From Candidatus Omnitrophota bacterium (GTDB lineage: Bacteria; Omnitrophota; Gorgyraeia; Zapsychrales; Zapsychraceae): 64,000 bases of DNA. Position numbers and translations under genes: made by a program. Positions 19,679 to 28,300 of the stretch are shown in pieces. Below the pieces are notes generated by a model that did no database searches, was not told the DNA's origin, and worked only from the letters and a program-made list of their open reading frames with translations. Positions within the stretch are counted from its first letter, which is position 1. Each line of letters opens with the position of its first letter. Location: NCBI GenBank assembly GCA_015233405.1, contig JADFXT010000001.1, positions 169,386 to 233,385 on the forward strand, given 5' to 3'.

Positions 19679-20092
19679 ATGAAGAAATTATTTGTTTTAA
19701 TGATGATGTTGGGATTTGTCAGCTCTGTTTGTTTTGCCCAACAGGCAGCAACAACTGCCCCAAAACAGGAAGCTCCTGCTCTGGAAGTTGTTAAGCCAGA
19801 AGTTCCTATCGCGCCAAAACCAGCTGTTCAGATTGAAGTTAAAACAGTTGTGGGGAAGATTGAGGCGGTGACTTTACCGGATTTTGCAAAAAAGGTAAAG
19901 GCTCAAATTGCCTTGGTTCAGGATAATGGCGAGAAAATGAATCTGATCGTCGCTGTTTCCGCGATGATGTTTGATAGCGAGGGCAAAGAAATCGGTATTG
20001 ATAAGCTAAAGAAAGACGATAAGATCGAAGTTAAATATTACGTTTCCACTTCGGGGGCTAATAAAGCCACTTCGATTAAAGTCTTAAAGTAA
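19679..20092 (+). CDS. small secreted protein
   Basis: Signal peptide ...VCFAQ, with an AGGAGG RBS upstream. Confidence 0.6.
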   Translation: MKKLFVLMMMLGFVSSVCFAQQAATTAPKQEAPALEVVKPEVPIAPKPAVQIEVKTVVGKIEAVTLPDFAKKVKAQIALVQDNGEKMNLIVAVSAMMFDSEGKEIGIDKLKKDDKIEVKYYVSTSGANKATSIKVLK

Positions 20093-20115
20093 AATTCGTC
20101 TTTTAGTGTGTTTAA

Positions 20116-20153
20116 AAAGGTGGGTATCTTTTAAAAGATGCCCACCTTTTTTT
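20116..20153 (+). terminator. intrinsic terminator
   Basis: AAAGGTGGGTATCTTTT/AAAAGATGCCCACCTTT hairpin followed by a T-run. Confidence 0.65.
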
Positions 20154-20248
20154 GTTCATTCTTCTTATGGGCCTTGCATTTCGCTGTTAATGTGATAAAA
20201 ATATACAGTTAACCGACGTTGAGTTTAGTGTTTAGTCTGTTTTTACCT

Positions 20249-20776
20249 ATGCGTAAACTTTCTCACCAGGAAATTGTGGCAAGGCAAAAAGAGCGGATGA
20301 AAATTCCGAGGGTGCCTTTGTGTGTCGTCTTGAATAATATCCGGAGCGCCCATAATGTCGGTTCGATTTTTCGGACCTGCGATGGCGCCGGGATTGAAAA
20401 AGTCTGGTTGTGTGGGATCACAGGGTATCCTCCGAACGCCCAAATCACCAAAACCGCGCTGGGAGCCGAACAACATGTCGATTGGGAATATCGAGAGGAC
20501 ATTTATAGTTTAGTCAAAGAATTGAAAGATAGAGGTTATCAGATTGTTCTTTTGGAACAAACGGAAAAAAGCGTTTTGTATCAAGATTTTAAGCCTAAAG
20601 GTCCTGTGTGCCTGGTTGTCGGCAATGAAGTTTCCGGTGTTTGTGAAACATTGACCAGCCTTTGCGATCAGGCCATTGAGATTGAGATGGATGGCGTTAA
20701 GAATTCCCTTAATGTTTCCGTGGCTTTTGGCATTGTAGCATATTATTTGCGGAATTTGATAATCAAGAGAAAGTAA
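20249..20776 (+). CDS. SpoU/TrmH-family RNA 2'-O-methyltransferase
   Basis: NxGSIxRTxxxxG motif, plus LVVGNExxGV and SLNVSVA motifs. Confidence 0.8.
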   Translation: MRKLSHQEIVARQKERMKIPRVPLCVVLNNIRSAHNVGSIFRTCDGAGIEKVWLCGITGYPPNAQITKTALGAEQHVDWEYREDIYSLVKELKDRGYQIVLLEQTEKSVLYQDFKPKGPVCLVVGNEVSGVCETLTSLCDQAIEIEMDGVKNSLNVSVAFGIVAYYLRNLIIKRK

Positions 20777-20835
20777 TACATCTTAAAAAGAAAATGTGGT
20801 AGTATAGAAACAATTTAAGAGCTGAAGGGGGCATT

Positions 20836-21108
20836 TTGAAAATAAAAAGAGTTTTACCTTTATCATTAGCTAAGATCACAGGCGTTATTGCGATGTCCTT
20901 TGGACTCATTATAGGCGTGATTATGACTTTTATGACAATTGTTGCCGGGGGTGGGAATGACCCTATGCAAAAATTTATGGGGTATATTGCCTTTATTATT
21001 GCTCCTCTTGGGTATGGGATGATCGGTTTTTTGATGGGATTGATACAATCTTGGCTTTTTAATTTAGCAGCCAAGCGGTTGGGCGGATTAGAAATCGAGA
21101 CGGAGTAA
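20836..21108 (+). CDS. small integral membrane protein (TTG start)
   Basis: 90-aa ORF with three hydrophobic segments and a GAAGGGGG sequence upstream. Confidence 0.45.
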   Translation: MKIKRVLPLSLAKITGVIAMSFGLIIGVIMTFMTIVAGGGNDPMQKFMGYIAFIIAPLGYGMIGFLMGLIQSWLFNLAAKRLGGLEIETE

Positions 21109-21488
21109 TGAACATGTCTTATAAAATATTGGTTGTTGATGATGATCCTGTCGATGTCCGTTTGATTCAGGCGATTTTAATGGCCCGTGGCTATCAGGCG
21201 ACGACAGCCGTGGATGGATGTGAGGCCCTGGCAAAGATTCGAAGCGAAAATCCTCATCTGGTGGTCTTGGATGTTATGATGCCCGAGGCCAATGGTTATG
21301 ATGTTTGTTATGAGCTTCGGTTTAATGATGAGTTCCAGAAGATCCCCATTCTTATTTTGACGCTGCGCGAACAGGAAATTGACGAAGAAATCGCGACGCG
21401 CCTTCACATGAAATATCTTCCCAAGCCCGTAGATGCCAATCTTCTTGTGGAATCCATTGAAGGTCTTTTATCCGGGACTAAAGCCTAG
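21108..21488 (+). CDS. stand-alone CheY-like receiver protein
   Basis: ILVVDDD, LDVMMP, and KP at the expected positions. No output domain. Confidence 0.85.
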   Translation: MNMSYKILVVDDDPVDVRLIQAILMARGYQATTAVDGCEALAKIRSENPHLVVLDVMMPEANGYDVCYELRFNDEFQKIPILILTLREQEIDEEIATRLHMKYLPKPVDANLLVESIEGLLSGTKA

Positions 21489-21499
21489 TTCTTACCTCT

Positions 21500-22423
21500 A
21501 TGATTGTATCCAAAAACCTTTCCAAACAATTCGGTGAGTTTGAAGCCCTTAAAAATGTCTCTTTTGAGATTGAACAAGGAGAGATCGTGGGTTTCTTAGG
21601 GCAGAATGGCGCCGGCAAGACCACGTTAATGCGGATCTTAACGGCGTATTTGCCTTCCAGTTCAGGCCAAGCCTTTGTTGGAGGGGAAGATGTTTCCTTG
21701 AATCCTTTGGCTGTTCATAAAAAGATCGGATATCTTCCGGAAACCCCTCCATTGTATCCCAATATGACCGTAAAAGCTTATTTGAGATTTGCCGCGCAGT
21801 TAAAAGATGTGGGGGTTAAATTTCAAAAAGCACAAGTGGAACACGTTTTGGAAGAATGCCGTCTTGAGGATGTTCAAAATCAAGTGATTGGGACTTTATC
21901 AAGAGGATATAAGCAGAGAGTCGGTATTGCCCAGGCGATCGTTCATGAGCCGGAGGTGATCATTTTAGATGAACCGACGAATGGGTTGGATCCTATTCAA
22001 ATCCTTCACGTCCGGGAGTTGATCCGTAAATTGGAGCATAAGCGCACCGTGATTGTCAGCACCCACATTCTTTCTGAAATTGAACAGCTTGCCAAAAGGG
22101 TCCTTATTATTAAAAAAGGGGAAATCGTGGTTGATTCTAATCTGGAGAAATTTCTGATTCCCGATGATAGAAAACAGATCTTTGTTAAAGTCAAAGGCGA
22201 GGAATTTCACATTGAGCAGGCGGTCAAAGACACCAACAGTGTAAAGCAGATCAATATTGAATTCTTAGGCGAGGATATTTATGAGCTGCACCTGGAGAAT
22301 ACCAATAATGTCGCCCATTATGGTGAACTCGTCCAGAATTTTATTAAATATGGCATTAAAGTGATCGAGATCAAAGAGAAAAAAGGGACCTTGGAAGAAG
22401 CGTTCTTAAAAATCAATAAATAA
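21500..22423 (+). CDS. ABC transporter ATP-binding protein (GldA-like)
   Basis: Walker A GQNGAGKTT, signature LSRGYKQR, and Walker B IILDEP. Confidence 0.9.
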   Translation: MIVSKNLSKQFGEFEALKNVSFEIEQGEIVGFLGQNGAGKTTLMRILTAYLPSSSGQAFVGGEDVSLNPLAVHKKIGYLPETPPLYPNMTVKAYLRFAAQLKDVGVKFQKAQVEHVLEECRLEDVQNQVIGTLSRGYKQRVGIAQAIVHEPEVIILDEPTNGLDPIQILHVRELIRKLEHKRTVIVSTHILSEIEQLAKRVLIIKKGEIVVDSNLEKFLIPDDRKQIFVKVKGEEFHIEQAVKDTNSVKQINIEFLGEDIYELHLENTNNVAHYGELVQNFIKYGIKVIEIKEKKGTLEEAFLKINK

Positions 22424-22430
22424 AAAGCCC

Positions 22431-23147
22431 ATGAAAAAGATATTTGCCATTGCCAACAAAGAGCTTTCCGGATATTTCCGGTCGCCGATAGCCTATGTCG
22501 TCTTGATCGTTGCGGTCACGGTCTTTAATGTCTTCTTTTTTATGATCATTGACGAGAATCAGGAAGCGACCTTACGCGATGTGTTTAAAGTGATGGAGTT
22601 TCTGTTTGTGTTTATTGTTCCCATCTTGACCATGAAAGTCTTTGCCGAAGAAAAGCAATTGGGGACCATGGAATTCTTGATGACGACCCCGACGACGCAT
22701 ATGCAGATCGTCCTGGGAAAATATTTAGGGACGTTGGTCTTTTTTACGCTCATCATGTGCTGGACGCTACCGTATTATGGGATTATCAAATTCTTTAGCC
22801 ATCCGGACACGATGACGATGATGACCGGCTATATCGGCATCTGGCTCGAGGGCGCCTTTTTTATCGCGGTGGGACTTATGGTCTCCTCCTGGACGCGCAG
22901 CCAAATTGTTTCGGCGATCTTGTCGTATGTTCTTTTATTCTTTCTTTATTTTGCTTCAGCGCTGGTCAAATATACGGGTGGATTCTTTCAAAGCATCATA
23001 AAATATCTTGATGTTATGGGGCACACACAAAATTTTATCGTCGGGCTTTTGTCGTCATCGGACGCGATTTATTTTATTAGCGGCATTGTGTTTTGCCTGG
23101 TGATGACACGCATCAGTATTGATACAAGGATCTGGGACAATATCTAA
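22431..23147 (+). CDS. ABC-2 type permease (GldF-like)
   Basis: Six-TM hydrophobic profile, directly after the ATPase gene. Confidence 0.75.
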   Translation: MKKIFAIANKELSGYFRSPIAYVVLIVAVTVFNVFFFMIIDENQEATLRDVFKVMEFLFVFIVPILTMKVFAEEKQLGTMEFLMTTPTTHMQIVLGKYLGTLVFFTLIMCWTLPYYGIIKFFSHPDTMTMMTGYIGIWLEGAFFIAVGLMVSSWTRSQIVSAILSYVLLFFLYFASALVKYTGGFFQSIIKYLDVMGHTQNFIVGLLSSSDAIYFISGIVFCLVMTRISIDTRIWDNI

Positions 23148-24761
23148 ATGAACGATGAACCCAAAAAATATCCGCTGTTCGTCTTATTTTTCTTAAGTCT
23201 GGCCTGCCTGCTGTATGCCTTTGGGCTTTGGTTTATTGAGCATACCCTTTATTTACGCTGTATCTTTCTTTTTGCCATCGGCGGATTTTCTTTTCTATTG
23301 ACTTTAGGCCATGCGATTTATTTAAAAGCGCCAAAATCCAAAAATTTTTATAAAAAATGTTTTTTTGCCTCAACCCTTATTGCCTTGTGGGTGGTGTGGC
23401 TTACGGCGGTCAATTTTTTAGGAAGCCGCTATGATATTCATTATGATGTGACTGCTTTTCAGCAGCACACGATGTCCGAAAATACCGTCGAGCTTCTCAA
23501 AAATTTGAAAACGAAAGTCCGCATCACGGTCCTTTATGTGGGGAGCGCACCGAAATATTTGGAAGATCTGTTAAATGGATACAAAAACGTTTCTGCCGGG
23601 CTTGTGGAATTTGAAATCATTGACCCGATCGAGAATATCGGCTACGCGGCGCGGTTTGGTAATGTCATCAGCGGCAAACAAAAGAAGGTCATTCTTGAGT
23701 CGGGAAAAGAGCGGCAGGATGTGGATTTTTCCGACCAGGACCTTGATGAAAACCTACTTAATAATGCGCTGGTGCGCGTCACGCGTTTAAAACGTACGGC
23801 TTACTTTTTGACCGGGCACAGGGAATACAATATTTTTGAAACATCTGAAACGGGTTTAAGCACTTTTGCCTCATTACTCGACGACAATAATATCAAGCCC
23901 AGACGGTTACTTTTGGATCAAAATGGGGTTATCCCCAAAGATTGTGATGTTTTGATCATTGCCGGGCCGAGATCATTTTTGTCGCCGAAGGAAGAGAAAG
24001 CAATCGAGGATTATTTGGAACAAGGCGGCGATGCCTTATTTTTAATTGAAAATACGGTTGTGACCACACCTGACAAGCCTCTGACGGAAAAAGAAAAAGA
24101 ATTAAATCCGTCGCTCAATAGCATTTTAAATCAGTGGGGAGTCAATGTCGAAAAAGATGTGGTCGTGGATTTGGCCAGCCATGCCAGCGGCGATGTGGGT
24201 TCGCCGGCGACCCGCAATTATATGACGCACCGCGCGATTGTTGGTGACTTAGATTATACGTTTTATGTCCGGCCGCGTTCGATTTCTATGACGAAAGATC
24301 GTCGGCAGTCCATTAAACTGGCGCCTTTGGTTTTAACCGCATCCGACCAGCAAAGCTGGGGAGAGACCAACCGTTATCTGAATGTCAAATATGACGCCAA
24401 AGAAGACCGTCCGGGCCCGGTGCCGATCGCTTATGTGGTCTGGGAAGCCAAGTCAGCGCTTAAAGACGGAAAAGTCAATGGGAAGGACAAGCCGTCCGAT
24501 ACCCGCATCGCTGTTTTTACCGACGCTGATTTTCTTACCAATGCGTTTATTAATCAATACAGTAACGCGCAAATGGGGCTGAATGTCGTCAATTGGCTTT
24601 CTGAGATGGATTATAAGCCGTTCGTTAAAAATAAACACGTGGAAGTTGTGCGCCTTGATTTGACCAGCAAACAAAAACGCGTCGTGGCGTTTATCCTTTT
24701 CCTCATGCCTTTGACCATTCTAATTGCCAGCCTTATTTTCTTCTTTTCCAAGAAATCCTAA
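23148..24761 (+). CDS. GldG-like ABC-transporter auxiliary protein
   Basis: N- and C-terminal TM anchors. The central region resembles the ABC_transp_aux family (…YFLTGHxE…, …LIIAGP…). Recollection only. Confidence 0.65.
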   Translation: MNDEPKKYPLFVLFFLSLACLLYAFGLWFIEHTLYLRCIFLFAIGGFSFLLTLGHAIYLKAPKSKNFYKKCFFASTLIALWVVWLTAVNFLGSRYDIHYDVTAFQQHTMSENTVELLKNLKTKVRITVLYVGSAPKYLEDLLNGYKNVSAGLVEFEIIDPIENIGYAARFGNVISGKQKKVILESGKERQDVDFSDQDLDENLLNNALVRVTRLKRTAYFLTGHREYNIFETSETGLSTFASLLDDNNIKPRRLLLDQNGVIPKDCDVLIIAGPRSFLSPKEEKAIEDYLEQGGDALFLIENTVVTTPDKPLTEKEKELNPSLNSILNQWGVNVEKDVVVDLASHASGDVGSPATRNYMTHRAIVGDLDYTFYVRPRSISMTKDRRQSIKLAPLVLTASDQQSWGETNRYLNVKYDAKEDRPGPVPIAYVVWEAKSALKDGKVNGKDKPSDTRIAVFTDADFLTNAFINQYSNAQMGLNVVNWLSEMDYKPFVKNKHVEVVRLDLTSKQKRVVAFILFLMPLTILIASLIFFFSKKS

Positions 24762-24814
24762 TTAATTAGCGAGTGATTGATTCATAATAAAACCTTCCTA
24801 ACGGTCAGAAAGAA

Positions 24815-24916
24815 ATACTAAATCCGAAATCCGAAACAAATCCGAAATCTGAAAATTTTAAACATTGAAGTTTGAATTTTTGATTTTTGTTTCGAATTTC
24901 GATATTCGAATTTTAC
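24815..24916. repeat. AT-rich long imperfect palindrome, copy 2
   Basis: AAATCCGAAATCCGAAACAAATCCGAAATC ... TTTGTTTCGAATTTCGATATTCGAATTT. Confidence 0.75.
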
Positions 24917-24997
24917 AAAGAGAGTTTTTTGGCTTTATAACATTTAATGGTATTTTTCCTATATATATTTTATACTTTATATAGAAGTTAGATTTAG

Positions 24998-25090
24998 TGA
25001 ACCGAAACGGCAAACCCATCGTAAGGTGGGGACGCAAAGTTAGAGGGTCCTGGAATAGGATAGCCTGACTACCGAAAGCGCTAGAATATT
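24998..25090 (+). promoter_or_regulatory. c-di-GMP-I (GEMM-I) riboswitch-like aptamer
   Basis: ACGGCAAACC-CAUC-GUAA-GGUG-GGGACGCAAAG... matches the conserved GGCAAACC / GNRA hairpin / GGGACGCAAAG blocks of GEMM-I, for example Vc2. Confidence 0.72.
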
Positions 25091-25093
25091 TAA

Positions 25094-25132
25094 GCCTATT
25101 CCTAATGATGCACGGGAGTAGGCGTTTTTTTT
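25094..25132 (+). terminator. riboswitch expression-platform terminator
   Basis: GCCTATTCCT (25094-25103) pairs with GGGAGTAGGC (25114-25123), followed by G and T8. CCTATTCC can alternatively pair with GGAATAGG (25052-25059). Confidence 0.6.
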
Positions 25133-25172
25133 GGGATGCTTATGAAGTAAAAGCGATATGAAGAATGTTTTT

Positions 25173-25249
25173 GTCATCCCCGCAATTTTTAGGCGGGGAT
25201 CCACAAGGGTTGAATATATGGATTCCCGACAGAGGCTTTCGGGAATGAC
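25173..25249. repeat. GC-rich hairpin-pair element, copy 2 (in the 5' leader of the giant ORF)
   Basis: GTCATCCCCGCAATTTTTAGGCGGGGATCCAC ... TGGATTCCCGACAGAGGCTTTCGGGAATGAC. Confidence 0.8.
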
Positions 25250-25304
25250 AGCAGTGAAAAAGGAATTACCAGTAGTTTTAGGACGAAAAAAGGGGGCAAT
25301 AAGG

Positions 25305-28300
25305 ATGTTTAGGGGGCAAGGCACAACAAGAAGTAACATACTAAAGACTATTAGTCTTATAGTCCTCTTTATTTTTATTCCTCAGACTTTATTCGCCCAA
25401 ATCTCTTTATCCAATCTTCCAACGCCTGGAACCATGGTCGCAACCAGTGCTTCATTTGTCCCACCGGTGTTAAAAGGGATGAAGGTCGATCTCAAGCAGC
25501 CGTTTCAATTTGATTTTATCCTCGATACCGGAAACTCCAATCTTAAAGATGATGAGCTTAAAGAAGAATCGAATAAACTTATTCGTTATTTTCTCTCGTC
25601 CTTGACCATTCCGGAAAAAGATTTATGGGTCAACTTGTCTCCGTATGAGAAAAATAGGATCATTCCCGACGAGTTTGGCACCACGGAAATGGGCCGCGAC
25701 TTATTGGCGCAGGATTATATCCTTAAACAGATAACGGCTTCGCTTATGTATCCGGAGAATGAAACCGGCAAGGCGTTTTGGCAGAAGGTTTATAAGAAAG
25801 CGTATGACCTTTATGGGACGACCGATATCCCGACGGATACATTTAATAAAGTGTGGATCGTTCCTGATAAAGCTGTTGTTTATGAGAACCCGTCACCTAA
25901 GCCTGGCGAGGCAACGGTGTTTGTGGTCGAGGCGAGGCTGAAGGTGATGTTGGAGGAGGATTATTTTGCGACATCGAATACTGTAGGGGCGGGGTTTCCC
26001 CGCCCTGAGGATAAAGGGCGCGGGAACCGCGCCCCTACGGCAATAATCAAAGAGGTCATTATTCCTATTTTGGAAAAAGAAGTCAATGAGGGCCAGAACT
26101 TCGCCCAACTACGTCAGGTGTATTATTCGCTCATTCTTGCCAAGTGGTACAAGGACAGCCTGAAGGAAAGTATTCTAAACCGTAAATATTCCGGCCAGAA
26201 AAAGGTCATGGGCGTCGACCTGGCTGGCAAAGAAGATAAACAAAAGATCTACGAGCAATATCTCGCGGCGTTTAAGAAAGGCGCATTCAATTACATCAAA
26301 GAAGAATACGATGCCAATTCCAAAACGCTGATCCCTCGTAAATATTTTTCCGGCGGGGCGAATATGGGGAAAGTTCCCTTGGCAAAGACCGGCGATTTGG
26401 CGATGACGTCTAGGAATCAAACTGGGAAATTGTTGGAGGTTGCCGGGAGGCTTATTGATCCGCAGAAGATCGTCGAGAAAGAGACTAGGGATGTCCGCGC
26501 CTTGATGACGGAAGAAGAAAAACAATATTTCCAAAAGGTTTTTCCTGCCCTCAATTTAGAAAAAGCCCTGGAAGTCCCCCCGATAGAAACGGTCCGAAAT
26601 GCTGAAGAATTGAAAAGGAAAAGGACCGATGCCAGAGCCAAAAATTGGGAGAATTATTTAAAGAACCAAAAGGATTTACGAACGGATATCTTGCTTTTAT
26701 TGGCTGATATCAAAAACGGGACGATTTTTACACAACGAGATTTTATAGACCGGTTGGCAGGTCTTAATAAGATTTTATTAACAGGCAAAGATGGCAAAAC
26801 TTTTTATCTTGCACCCACCTTGTCCTCTTTTATGTCCGTAAAAAAACTGCATGCCGATGAGTCCAATCGGCAGAACCAGACACTTTCTGAGCTCGCAGGC
26901 GAATACAGGAGCACCTCAACCAAATACGGCGCGCTCTTAGTAAAATTATTTAGAGAGATTAAAAATTTTACGGAATTAAAGAAAGATTCCAATACCCTTG
27001 ATGTCCTGAAACAGATTGCTTCGATCTATGAAATCGCCATGGAACAATTTTTATTTGTGAGCGGGAACAATTCCTTATTTATGAATATGGCAAACGGCTT
27101 ACTACGGCTTTATGGCTTCGACGGAATCGCCCATTATCAACTTGATATGAAGCTCACCGCCCGTATTTTTGGTAAATCCATTAAGAGGGATTTTATAAAG
27201 CTGGTTTTAAAGGCGAACCCACAGATGTCTTTGCCTGCCCATTGGAAATCGCAGGTATCATCTCGCAAACAAACAATGAAAGAAATTATAGAGGAAAATC
27301 AGCGTTTCGATCGTGCAATGACGGTCAAGAATGATGCGCGCCAGGATTCCACAAAATTGTACAAAAGAATTTCAAGCAGGATACCTATTGTATTACGTCG
27401 TGGTGCGGTTGCTGTTGGATTATTAGGGTTAGCTCTTTTACCTCTAAGCGATAATTTTCAGATGAGAGATCTTCCTCCTGCAAATCTTGCCAAGATTGCG
27501 CTTCAAGGCAATAAGGAAGCTTTGGATATTCTCAAAAATCTTGCGGATGATCAAGGCAATGCTTCCGCCCAAAAAGCTATAGAAACTCTTCCTATTAAAA
27601 CACTGGCGGACCTGACTGCTCAAGGGAATATAACCGCCTTTAGGATTCTCTTAAATCGGATGCGAATGAACAATCTCGTCGCACAGAATGCCTTAAAAAC
27701 TCTGCGCGTTGATTTGCTTGTTCAGCGTTTAAATAAAGGGGACCGAGACGCTTTCTTTCTTCTGCTCGATCTGGGTCAGGATGCTAATAACCTTAATGCT
27801 CAAGAAGCTTTCAACAATATTCAACCGCAGAAACTTGCTGAACTCATTTCCAGAGATGGAAATGTAGGTGCGACAGACATTCTTGAGAATCTTGCTTTAT
27901 GGAAAGATGACACTGGCATTGTGGAAATTTTAAGAACAGTTAAAGTCCAAAAGCTTGCCGAACAGGCCTATCAGGGAAAGAGGGATGCTTTTGATGTTAT
28001 CGCATATCTTTATCAAAAGTATAACAACGTTTCTGCTAAAAACGTTTTAAGTCTATTCCCCGTGCAGAGGATCGTTAAATCTGTTGTTCAGGGGAATATG
28101 GACGCCTATCTTATGTTGGAAAGTCTTAGTGCTTTTAAGAACCTCGGCACGAGAGAGATTTTAAGAAATCTTAATGTCCAACAACTCACCGAACGTGCCT
28201 ATCAGGGGAATAAAGATGCCATAAATATTCTCATCATGTTGGATAAAGACAATCAGAATCCCGCTGCCCAAAAGGCGCTCAAGGATATGGCTGTCCAACT

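Noticed and set aside
25158-25304. ORF-track start of the giant gene at 25158.
   Set aside because: The first 49 codons translate the hairpin-pair element (VIPAIFRRGS...DSRQRLSGMT). ATG 25305 has a good RBS and gives a textbook signal peptide.
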